Below, one piece after another: positions 51,793 through 60,982 of a stretch of DNA of 64,000 nucleotides. How positions within the stretch are numbered: position 1 is the first letter of the stretch; each line of letters opens with the position of its first letter. The notes beneath the pieces are model-generated. The model saw nothing but the letters and a program-made list of their open reading frames with translations, was not told the origin of the DNA and ran no database searches. Position numbers and translations under genes: made by a program. Source of the stretch: an uncultured Verrucomicrobiae bacterium (GTDB taxonomy: Bacteria > Verrucomicrobiota > Verrucomicrobiia > Limisphaerales > UBA1100); assembly GCA_937775205.1 (NCBI GenBank), contig CALKBX010000026.1:28475-92474 (forward strand). The letters are read 5' to 3'.

Positions 51793-53863
51793 ATGCGACG
51801 CGTTTTGATTTTTCTGTTTGCGGTGGCTTGCTGCTCGGCATCGATTGCGGTTGATAAACCCAACATCATTCTTATCATGGCCGATGATATGGGTTGGGAA
51901 TGCGTGAGTGCTTATCGTGATCTGATCGCCAAGTACAACTATCCCAAGGCCAAGCCGGGCGAGAAGGATCATTACTCGACGCCCAATATCGACAAGCTGG
52001 CCGCTGGCGGCATGCGCTTTGATCATGGCTACTCCCAGCCCATCTGCACGCCTTCGCGCGTGCAGATCATGACCGGCATTTATAACCAGAGAAACTATAT
52101 CAAGTTTGGTTTGCTTGATCCCAAGGCGCGTACCTTCGGGCACGTGATGAAGTCGGCTGGCTATAAAACCTGCATTGTTGGCAAGTGGCAGTTACTGGGC
52201 GGCATGGAGGGGCCCAATAAATTTGGCTTTGATGAATACTGCCTGTGGCAACTCACCCGCCGACCCAATCGTTATCCCAGCCCGGGTATGGAGGTGAATG
52301 GTAAGGAGATTGATTACCCGGGAAAATACGGACCGGATATTGCCAGTGATTACCTGTGCGGTTTTATCGAACGCAACAAGGACCGGCCTTTCTTCGGTTA
52401 CTACCCGATGATTCTGCCTCACTGGCCTTTTGAACCGACGCCTGATAGCAAGGATTGGGATCCCAAACCCGAGGGTGCAGGCAAAGGCCAGAAGAACACC
52501 AAGTATTTCCGGGAGATGGTGGCGTACGTGGACAAGATCGTCGGCAAGATTGTGGCCAAGGTGGAGGAAGAGGGGCTCACCGAAAAAACGCTCATTATTT
52601 TTACGGGCGACAACGGCACAGCCGCTAGTGTGACGCGGTGTGATGAATGGGCGAGTGATCCAGGGCGGCAAGGGCAGCATGCCTGATGCCGGCAACCATG
52701 TCCCTTTCATTGCCCGTTGGCCGGGCACCATCAAGGCGGGCCAAACCACGCGGGCCATCGCCAATTTTAGCGATATTCTCCCGACCATTGCCGAGGTGGG
52801 TGGCGCGAAGGTAAAGCACAAGATTGATGGGGTGAGCTTTCTTGGGCATCTCAAGGGAGGCAAACCGTCGCGGGAAGTGAGCTATAGCTGGTATGCGCGC
52901 AATGGCGGCCCGCAAGGCAAGGAGTTTGCCCGCACAGCGGACTGGAAACTGTATTCTGATGGCAAATTATTTAACGTGTATGAGGACGTGCTGGAAAAGA
53001 ATCCTGTGAGCCCCGGTGAACTGGATACCAAGACCCGAACCATTCGTGCCAAGTTGCAAAAGGAACTGGACCGGATGAAAGGCACCCGCACGCAGTTTGA
53101 CTTATCCAAGTACAAACAGACCACCGCGAATCAAACCAAGGCCATAACATCGCCTGAAGCGGTCGTGTGCGAGGGCAAGTACGCCGGGCATTTGCAGGGA
53201 GTGTGCCGTGGCAGCAATGGGAATTTTTTCTGGAGCTTCACGCGGGCACTGGTCAAGACCGATCCCAAGGGCAAAGTCATGAAGAAAATTGTAGTGCCAA
53301 ATCATCACGGGGATATTTGTTTTGCTGCGGGAAAAATCTATTGCGCGGTGAATTTTGGCGCCTTCAATGATCCCAAGGGCAATTCAGACAACTGGGTGTA
53401 TGTGTATAGCTCCAAGGATTTATCGCTCCTCTCCAAGCACGAGGTGCAGCAGGTCAAGCACGGCGCCGGTGGCATTGCCGTCAAGAACGGTCGATTTCTT
53501 GTGGTGGGCGGGCTGCCCGAGGGTGTGCCGGAGAATTATGTGTACGAGTATGACAGTCAGTTCAACTTCAAGAAACGCCATGTGATCCAGAGCGGCTGGA
53601 CGCGACTGGGCATCCAGAATGCGGCCTTTGCCCAAGGCCACTGGTGGTTTGGGTGCTATGGCAGTGTGCTGCTTAAAACCACGCCAGACTTCCAGGTCGT
53701 GGGTAAATACAATTTCAATTGTGGGTACGGGGTTCTGCGCGGGCCCAATAACAAGAGCCTCTACTGTGCGGACGGCACAACCGGTAAAGAGGGTTCAGAT
53801 GGCAAAATCAAAGCTGTGCAAGTGAGTATGTTCGAAAAGCTGATCATTAAGGATAATGAATAA
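51793..53863 (+). pseudogene. Sulfatase fused to a roughly 250-aa C-terminal beta-rich domain, interrupted by a frameshift at about 52634-52640
   Basis: Signal peptide, then NIILIMADDMGWE and CTPSRVQIMTG (the formylglycine motif). ORF 51787..52686 ends FTGDNGTAASVTRCDEW...*. ORF 52640..53863, in frame +1, continues the sulfatase consensus as (G)VMNGRVIQGGKGSMPDAGNHVPFIARWPG. Confidence 0.75.
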
Positions 53864-53897
53864 GTATGAACATTAATAATCCGAAACTGACAAAGAA

Positions 53898-55301
53898 ATG
53901 AACCTTAGAATATTCTTATCATTACTATTCGCAGCCGCAATCTTTACTGCCCAGGCTGAATCGAAACGTCCCAATATCATTCTCGCCATGGCTGATGATC
54001 AGGGTTGGGGTGACATGGGTTACATGGACCACAAGGTTCTCAAGACCCCCGTCTTTGATGAGATGGCCAAAAACGGTCTGCGCTTTGATCGTTTCTATGC
54101 AGCCGCACCCGTTTGTTCGCCCACCCGCGCCAGTGTCCTCACCGGCCGGCACCCCAACCGCATGGGCTGTTTCCAATGGGGTCACACGATGCGTAAACAC
54201 GAGATCACCATTGCTGAGGCCCTGAAAACTGCCGGTTACACCACCAGCCATTTTGGCAAATGGCATCTGGGTTCAGTGCGTGCCGATAGTGAAGTGGCTC
54301 CGGGCAAAAACGGCTTTGATGAATGGGCCTCCGCCCCCAACTTTTACGAGAATAGCCCCCTCTTCAGTCATAATGGTAAAGTGATTGAAACCAAGGGCGA
54401 AAGTTCAGCTGTCACCGTGGACTTGGCCCTTAAATGGATGGCCAAGGTAAAGGATAAGCCCTTTCTTTCAGTCATTTGGTTTGGTAACCCCCACGGCCCG
54501 CATATTGGCACCGAGAAATTCCTGAAAATGTATGAAGGCGAGACCAAGGCGTACGCCAATTTCTATGCCGAGATCACCGGCATGGACGCCGCTATGGGCC
54601 AGTTACGTGAAGGGATTCGCAAGCTGGGCGTAGCAGATAATACCATCCTCTGGTACTGCAGCGATAATGGCGGTTTAAAACCCAATTCCATGGCCGGGTT
54701 GTCAGGAAAGAAAGGTAAGTTATTAGAAGGAGGCATTCGCGTGCCCGGCATCATTGAATGGCCAGATGTCATCAAGAAACATCGTATCACAAACGTGCCC
54801 GCCAATACCGTAGATATTTACCCGACAGTTCTGGAACTGGCTGGCATAAAACATTCGAACAACCAACCGCTTCTAGATGGGGTAAGCTTGGCTGATCTAA
54901 TCCATGGTAATAGTTTCACCCGCCAGAAGCCCATGGGCTTTTGGAATTACCCAACCAGTGGCCGTGGAATGCATGCCCACAAAATGCTCGAAGCCTTGCG
55001 TGCTGAGCAATTAGCTGGCAATCAGGCACCCGCACCCAAGGCAGGGTTTGTGGATAAGAAATATCCGCTGGATAAATTCCCTGGTCCCTCAGCTTGGATT
55101 TCCGGCGACTGGAAGCTCCATCGCGTGGCTAATAAAGCAGGAGGTAACCCAAGTTACCGACTGTACAACTTAAAGAAGGATGTGCAGGAAAAGACAGATC
55201 TGGCCGCCGTACAGCCCGAACGTTTGGCCCGACTTAAAGGTGAACTGGCCGGCTGGCAAAAGAGTGTGGTTAATAGCCTCAATGGTAGGGACTACAAATA
55301 G
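53898..55301 (+). CDS. Arylsulfatase (formylglycine-dependent)
   Basis: PNIILAMADDQGWGD, CSPTRASVLTGR, GKWHLG, CSDNGG, GKKGKLLEGGIRVPGII. Confidence 0.9.
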   Translation: MNLRIFLSLLFAAAIFTAQAESKRPNIILAMADDQGWGDMGYMDHKVLKTPVFDEMAKNGLRFDRFYAAAPVCSPTRASVLTGRHPNRMGCFQWGHTMRKHEITIAEALKTAGYTTSHFGKWHLGSVRADSEVAPGKNGFDEWASAPNFYENSPLFSHNGKVIETKGESSAVTVDLALKWMAKVKDKPFLSVIWFGNPHGPHIGTEKFLKMYEGETKAYANFYAEITGMDAAMGQLREGIRKLGVADNTILWYCSDNGGLKPNSMAGLSGKKGKLLEGGIRVPGIIEWPDVIKKHRITNVPANTVDIYPTVLELAGIKHSNNQPLLDGVSLADLIHGNSFTRQKPMGFWNYPTSGRGMHAHKMLEALRAEQLAGNQAPAPKAGFVDKKYPLDKFPGPSAWISGDWKLHRVANKAGGNPSYRLYNLKKDVQEKTDLAAVQPERLARLKGELAGWQKSVVNSLNGRDYK

Positions 55302-55307
55302 TCTCGA

Positions 55308-57197
55308 TTATTTTTCATCGCGCAACACACGCACATCGCCTTGCCGTCGGGTAATACCGTCGCGATCCATTTTTTCCAGGAGCGGAATCAGAATGCGCCG
55401 AGTAGTGCCGAGAGCCTGGCGCAACTCGCTGGCGGTGCCTTGAGTGTGAGTGCGCAGGTGGTTTTTTAGCAGCATGCGGAAGCGGTTGAACTGAGCTGCG
55501 CCTATTGCCAATTCGGGGCTGACCTCCACCACTTCCCCCGCTTCGATGAGAAACCGTAACGCTTGCGCACCCTCAGAAGTGCCGGCCAAAAGTTTGCGCG
55601 CGGGTGGATCAGTACCGGCGAGTGCTTGTCGAATGTGTTCGCCCGCTGCTCGCAAGTTGGGTGGCAGTGCGGGCTTGTGCGAAAGGGATGTGATGTATTT
55701 AGCCTGTCGCTTGAATCCATTTTGGCAAAGGTCTTTCAGTAACTCGGCAAACACATCACCGGATGGAAAAGCCTTCTGCGCCAGCGGTCGCAGCAATTCT
55801 ATTGTCAGCCCAGGTCGTTCGGGATGGGCGCGGTGTTCCGCGTTTACCGCGTTGGCTATCGCCTCGCGCGCCTGTTGCCAACGCGACTCATCGGCCAGCC
55901 AATCGCCTGCCGCCAACGCGGCCTTGGCGTTTACGAGCGAGGTCACGGCGCTGTCAATTTGGGCTGTTGAAAAAGTCGAGGGACACAACAACGCGTCCCG
56001 CTGCGCAATACCATCGCGCACAAGTTGTGAGCGAATCCATGTTTCGGCGTTCTCCGGCGCTTCGGCGCGGGTTTGCAGGAAAAGTTTGTGTGCGGCCGAT
56101 CTCAAGCCTTGTCGATCGCCCTGTGCATCGAGCACGCGGCCACCGGCGAGCGTGGCGCTTTCGGGCCAGTTGCGAATGACGATGCGGTCGCCGGGCCAAA
56201 CGCACGCGGGGTTCTCAAGGCGCAGTTGGGCCAGTTGCGCCGCGCCGGGCTCAAGGGTTTTGCCCTCCACCAAAACCAAGCGCGCGGGCCAATGGCCGCT
56301 GCCGTGGTGCACGCGCACGCGGGTATCGTTGCGCAGCGGGGCGCATTCCTGGCCGAGGCGTGTGGAGCGTTCAAGCAACACATCCAGCGTACGCGTGGTG
56401 GTGGCGAGTACGGGCAGGGTGATGGTCGCGCCGCGTGGCAAATCGCCGCGCGCGGCATCGGCAAGATTTAGGGCGGTGCGTGTGCCGGGTTGCGCGGTGT
56501 CCTGCGCGCGGTTGTGCGATTGCAGCGTGCGGATGCGCGTGTCGCGCCCGGGCGGATATGCGGTGACCGTGTCGCCTTTGCTCATCGTGCCGCCGGTGAG
56601 TGTGCCGGTGACCACAGTGCCGATGCCTTGCAACGTGAACACGCGATCAACGGCAAGGCGCGGTTGGCCGTCATCAGTGTGCGGCGGCATGGTTTCGGCT
56701 GCGGCTGCGAGTGCGTTTTTTAATTCTTCCAAGCCTATGCCGTTATGGGCGGACACCGGAACGATGGAGGCCTCAGCCAATGGACTGTTTTGGAGTTGCT
56801 GGCGGATTTCCTCTTCGCGCGCGCGGGTGTCATCCACGAGATCGGCTTTGGTGAGGGCCACCACGCCGCGCGTTGCGCCGAGGTAGCTGAGGATTTGCAA
56901 ATGCTCTTCGGTCTGCGGCATCCAGCCATCGTCCGCCGCCACCACGAGTAGTGCGAGATCCACCGCGCCCACGCCGGCCACCATATTTTTTACAAAATCC
57001 TGATGGCCCGGAACATCCACGATGCCAAGGCTGTGCCCGGGGAGTTCAAGATGCGCAAAGCCAAGATCGATGGTGATGCCGCGCAGTTTCTCCTCTGGCA
57101 GGCGGTCCGGGTCATTGCCGGTAAGCGCTTTCACCAGCGCGCTCTTGCCGTGGTCAATGTGACCGGCAGTGGCGAGGATGGCGTGGCGGGGGGTCAT
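55308..57197 (-). CDS. selB: Selenocysteine-specific translation elongation factor SelB
   Basis: [34 protein letters not shown] GTPase motifs. A long C-terminal winged-helix region ends [29 protein letters not shown], as expected for the SECIS-binding domain. Confidence 0.9.
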   Translation of the reverse strand: MTPRHAILATAGHIDHGKSALVKALTGNDPDRLPEEKLRGITIDLGFAHLELPGHSLGIVDVPGHQDFVKNMVAGVGAVDLALLVVAADDGWMPQTEEHLQILSYLGATRGVVALTKADLVDDTRAREEEIRQQLQNSPLAEASIVPVSAHNGIGLEELKNALAAAAETMPPHTDDGQPRLAVDRVFTLQGIGTVVTGTLTGGTMSKGDTVTAYPPGRDTRIRTLQSHNRAQDTAQPGTRTALNLADAARGDLPRGATITLPVLATTTRTLDVLLERSTRLGQECAPLRNDTRVRVHHGSGHWPARLVLVEGKTLEPGAAQLAQLRLENPACVWPGDRIVIRNWPESATLAGGRVLDAQGDRQGLRSAAHKLFLQTRAEAPENAETWIRSQLVRDGIAQRDALLCPSTFSTAQIDSAVTSLVNAKAALAAGDWLADESRWQQAREAIANAVNAEHRAHPERPGLTIELLRPLAQKAFPSGDVFAELLKDLCQNGFKRQAKYITSLSHKPALPPNLRAAGEHIRQALAGTDPPARKLLAGTSEGAQALRFLIEAGEVVEVSPELAIGAAQFNRFRMLLKNHLRTHTQGTASELRQALGTTRRILIPLLEKMDRDGITRRQGDVRVLRDEK

Positions 57198-58135
57198 CGA
57201 TTTGAGGGCAATCGCTCGAATTTAAACGTGGCTTTCACTGGCACCTCGTTTCCGTTCACCTCGAGATGCGGGCCGAAGAAATAATTGAACGGGCCGGACT
57301 TGGGCGCAGGGGTCACGCTTATGTCGCGCCCTCGGCTGAGTTCGAGGCGGTTGGCGGGGTGATGGCCAAAATAGTATCCGGCCAGTTCGGGATGTTTGTC
57401 GGCTTCGCTAATGTCCACGGGCATCCATTTGCCATCGGTGAAAAATTCCGCCCAACAATGGTAGCCACCAATCGCGCCCGCATCGCGGTTCGCCGGAATG
57501 GTGAAGCCAATGGCAAAGCGCGCGGGAATATTCGCCGCGCGACATAAGGCAATGAAGTATGCGTGGAAATCGGTGCAGTTGCCGGTGTGCGCGTCGCAGG
57601 CGTAGAGGGCATCGCCGCGGCCCCAACCCTTGCCGGTTTTGTCGTAGCGCATATGTGCGAGTACGTGGTCGTAGAGCGCCTTGCCGCGCGCGTGGTCGTC
57701 CGCTGCTTTCGCGGTGATTCGCTTGGCAATGGCGGTGAAACGCGGGTTGAGCGGCACGAGTTTTTCGGCCTTGAGATGCAGAGCCGGATTGCCGGCTTCG
57801 GCGTGAGCTACTTTTTCTTTGCGCGTGACTTGGTAGTGAATGGTGATGCGCTTGCCGCTGTCGGCGGGTGCGGGCTGCAGTACGAGAATTTCATTTTCGC
57901 CGGAGGCATCGCGCGTCTTGTGCCACGGCACGGGCGAGATGATGGCGCGTTTTTGAATTTTTTGGAAAGTGTCAGTGCCTGCGAGCGGAATCCAAAGCGT
58001 GCCTTTGGCGGTGATCTTGGGCAGCGTCATCTCGTAAACCAATTCGAAATGGTCCGTACCGCGCACGATTGTTTTGTCCGCCGCGAAAGTGGAGGCAGCC
58101 AGAAAAAGTGCGATAAGAGACAGCAATGTTTTCAT
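57194..58135 (-). CDS. Secreted transglutaminase-like (Cys-His-Asp) protein
   Basis: Signal peptide MKTLLSLIALFLAASTFA. Catalytic-core pattern TGNCTDFHAYFIALCRAANIPAR, GYHCWAEF, VDISEAD. Both ends overlap their neighbours by 4 nt (selA stop, selB start). Confidence 0.85.
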   Translation of the reverse strand: MKTLLSLIALFLAASTFAADKTIVRGTDHFELVYEMTLPKITAKGTLWIPLAGTDTFQKIQKRAIISPVPWHKTRDASGENEILVLQPAPADSGKRITIHYQVTRKEKVAHAEAGNPALHLKAEKLVPLNPRFTAIAKRITAKAADDHARGKALYDHVLAHMRYDKTGKGWGRGDALYACDAHTGNCTDFHAYFIALCRAANIPARFAIGFTIPANRDAGAIGGYHCWAEFFTDGKWMPVDISEADKHPELAGYYFGHHPANRLELSRGRDISVTPAPKSGPFNYFFGPHLEVNGNEVPVKATFKFERLPSNR

Positions 58136-59469
58136 TGAAGTGTTTCGTGGATGGATTGGAGCAGTTGTTTTTCTTGCTCGGGAAAAATGGTTCGCAAATC
58201 GAGCCGAAAGCGTTGGTTGCTGATGACGCCGATAACTGGCGTGGACGCGCGGCGCAATCGCGTGGCGAAATCCTTGAGGCTAAAATTTTCCGGCACGAGG
58301 TCGAGAGTGAAGCTCGGGAGAGTCGCTTGAGGCAACGCGCCACCACCCACTTGTGATTCGCCTTCGGCCACGGCGACGGTTATCGGCAACACGGCCAATG
58401 CTTTGGCCAGTTTGGTGGCGCGGCGTTTGAGTTGTTTGGAGTCGGCTCGGAGGCTTTGGTTTAGTGGAAGCGTTTCGCCATCGCCGCGCAGATAAATTTC
58501 GGCGGCGTGCTGCAGCGCGCTGAGGATGAGTTTGTCGCAGCGCAGCGCGCGGAAGAAGGGATGTTTTTTCAGTGCGGCGATGTATTTGGCTTTGCCGGCG
58601 ATGATTCCCGATTGCGGGCCGCCGAGCAGTTTGTCACCGCTGAAGCATACGAGGGCTGCGCCGCTCTTGATGACCTCGCGCGGGGTGGTTTCGTGATGGT
58701 CGGCGGCCCAGTTTTCGGTGTCGGTCAACACACCGCTGCCGAGGTCTTCGACGAACGGGATGCGTTTTTTTCGGGCGAGCGCGGACAGTTCGCGCCGGTC
58801 TGGCGCGGCAACAAAGCCGTCCATGAAAAAATTGCTGCGATGGACTTTGAGCAGCAGTCCGGTGTTTTTGCCGATGACCTTGGCGTAGTCGTCGAGCGTG
58901 GTGCGATTGGTGGTGCCGACTTCGCGTAGGATGGCATCGCTGGTTTCGAGTACATCCGGGATGCGAAAGCCGCCGCCGATTTGCACGAGTTCACCGCGCG
59001 ATATGATGACTTCTTTTTTCTCGGCGGTGAGATGCCGCAGGATGAGCACGAGTGCGGCAGCGCAATTATTCGTCACCATCGCCGCTTCCGCGCCGCAGAG
59101 TTCGGCGAGGCATTGCTCGACGTACGCGGCGCGTTTGCCACGGCGGCCGGTGGCGAGGTCGATTTCGAGATTGGTGTAGCCGGCGTTGTTCGGCGGCGCG
59201 ATGGGCGCACGGCCGAGGTTGGTGTGGACGACCACGCCGGTGCCGTTGATAACTGGTTGCAGCCGCGACAACGCGAGATCTTCTCAAACGCAGACGCAGG
59301 CCGGAAACAATTTCGTCGTGTTCGGGAATGGTTTTGATTTGCGGAGCGACGCCAACTCCGCGCGAATGGTCGCCACCACGAGTGGGCGGGGCAGGGGGCA
59401 GTCGGCCACCGCTTCGAGCAGCGTGTCCACACCGGGGATGGCGCGCAGTTTATTCTTCGCTCTGGCCAT
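58132..59469 (-). pseudogene. selA: L-seryl-tRNA(Sec) selenium transferase SelA, interrupted by an in-frame TGA at 59281-59283, most likely caused by two compensating 1-nt indels
   Basis: N-terminal ORF 59284..59469 (LRAIPGVDTLLEAV...) and ORF 58132..59271 (LQPVINGTGVVVHTNLGRAP..., FSGDKLLGGPQSGII) are in the same frame, separated by TGA. The 18 codons before the TGA read oddly (KSKPFPNTTKLFPACVCV). The -1 frame gives a plausible QIKTIPEHDEIVSGLRLRL. Confidence 0.8.
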
Positions 59470-60508
59470 TAGTTCACGGTGATGAGTGTTTCGGTGCTCT
59501 CGGTGAGTTGGCCGAAGGATTCAAGTTTCAAATCGGCAGTGGCTTCGTGAAATGCTTCGAGGCCATCGGCGGCCACGGCGACGAGCAGGCCGCCGCTGGT
59601 TTGGGGGTCGCAGAGGAGGGCGCGTTGGGCGTCGGTGAGCGGGCTGATGTGGTGACTGTAGCTGTCGAAATTGCGGTCGGTGCCGCCGGGGGCGCAGTCC
59701 TCGGCGATGTAATGGTCGGTGTTCGGCAGGCGCGGCACGGCGGCGCTGTTGATGATGGCGCTCACGCCGCTGCCTTCGCACAGCTCGGTGAGGTGTCCGA
59801 GCAAACCGAAGCCGGTCACATCGGTCATCGCCTTCACGCCGGGCAACGCGCTGAGGTGGCTGCCGATTTGGTTGAGCGTGGTCATTTGGTCGATGGCGCG
59901 TTGGACGTCGGCGTCGTCGGCGAGGCCACGTTTTTGGGCGGTGGTCACGAGGCCGACGCCGAGGGGTTTGGTGAGAAATAGTTTGCAGCCCACTTCCGCA
60001 GCCGTCGTTGCGTTTCAAATTGCTTCACGGCGACTTGGCCGGTCACCGCCAAACCAAAAATCGGTTCGGGCGCGTCGATACTGTGGCCGCCCGCCAGCGG
60101 GATGCCGGCGCGTTCGCACGCGGCGCGGCTGCCTTCGAGCACGCGCCCGGCCACGGCGGGCGGCAGTTTTTCAATCGGCCAACCGAGCACCGCAATGGCC
60201 ATCAACGGCGTGCCGCCCATCGCGTAGATATCGCTGATGGCGTTGACGGAAGCGATTTGGCCGAAGTCGAACGGGTCGTCCACGATGGGCATAAAAAAAT
60301 CCGTGGTGCTGATGACAGCTTGGCCATTGCCGAGATCGAACACGGCGGCGTCGTCCTTGGAGTCGTTGCCCACGAGCAACCGCGCACTCGGCGCGGACTT
60401 GCCGGCGACGCTGAGAATTTCGTCCAAAACTTTGGGCGATATTTTGCAGCCGCAACCGGCGCCGTGGCTGTATTGGGTGAGGCGAATGGGATCGGTGGGG
60501 TCAGTCAT
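59469..60508 (-). pseudogene. selD: Selenide, water dikinase SelD (Cys form), split by a frameshift near 60000-60006
   Basis: ORF 59945..60508 is the N-terminal half: [16 protein letters not shown], with both Cys encoded by TGC. It ends ...[21 protein letters not shown]...*. The adjacent frame reads [31 protein letters not shown] and carries on into ORF 59469..59993, matching the SelD consensus. Confidence 0.8.
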
Positions 60509-60523
60509 GGCAGAAATATAAAA

Positions 60524-60619
60524 TGGCGGAGAGGGTAGGAATCGAACCTACCTCGGCCCGTTCACGAACCGACAACGGTTTTGAAGACCGCGGGGACCAC
60601 CAGGCACCCTTCACTCTCC
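60524..60619 (-). tRNA. selC: tRNA-Sec (anticodon UCA) with a long variable arm and encoded CCA
   Basis: The minus-strand sequence is GGAGAGTGAAGGGTGCCTGGTGGTCCCCGCGGTCTTCAAAACCGTTGTCGGTTCGTGAACGGGCCGAGGTAGGTTCGATTCCTACCCTCTCCGCCA. Anticodon arm: GCGGT-CUUCAAA-ACCGU. Extra arm: 8 bp, TCGGTTCG-TGAA-CGGGCCGA. T arm: GTAGG-TTCGATT-CCTAC. Two weak points remain: the D-arm pairing, and acceptor position 7, which does not fit cleanly by eye. Confidence 0.8.
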
Positions 60620-60669
60620 GGGAAAAATTTTGAGCGCAATTGGAAACGGCTTGCTCCACGCGCTGCCGT

Positions 60670-60897
60670 CTACAGTCGCTGAATGGACTGCAGCACGGCG
60701 TTGGGCTCCGGGAAGGTTCCCGTTTCCCGCTTGGAATACACCAGTTTATCATCGGCTGTGACCTCGAACACTCCGCCGGAACCGGGTACCAGTTCCAATG
60801 ACGAAATGCGTTGCTTCAGCTTCAAAAGTTGGTCCGCCAAACTGACGGCCTGCGGCTCGTAATTTCAAGCCGCGCAATATTCAATGCGCACCTTCAT
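60670..60897 (-). CDS. SelW/Rdx-family selenoprotein, 75 codons, with in-frame UGA (Sec) at 60865-60867 in a CxxU motif
   Basis: With TGA=U, the minus strand from ATG 60897 reads MKVRIEYCAAUNYEPQAVSLADQLLKLKQRISSLELVPGSGGVFEVTADDKLVYSKRETGTFPEPNAVLQSIQRL*. Three features fit the Rdx fold: the N-terminal (I/V)xYCxxU, the G-G-x-FEV strand, and the SK...G.FP C-terminal motif. The ORF track lacks this gene because of the TGA. Confidence 0.8.
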
Positions 60898-60982
60898 GGT
60901 TCGCCAAAACATACGCCCACTCCGCCGATTTGGCCAGCCCAATGTGCTTGCTTCGTTTCCGCCATTTCGGCAAAATCACCGC

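Noticed and set aside
59281-59283. The in-frame TGA inside selA as a possible selenocysteine codon.
   Set aside because: The flanking residues are not a redox motif. SelA is not a known selenoprotein. The preceding 18 codons look out of frame. A compensated frameshift or a nonsense mutation is more plausible.
60430-60470. Whether SelD itself is a selenoprotein (Sec in the GAG-U/C-GCK loop).
   Set aside because: The codons read GGT TGC GGC TGC, so both positions are Cys. This is the Cys form.
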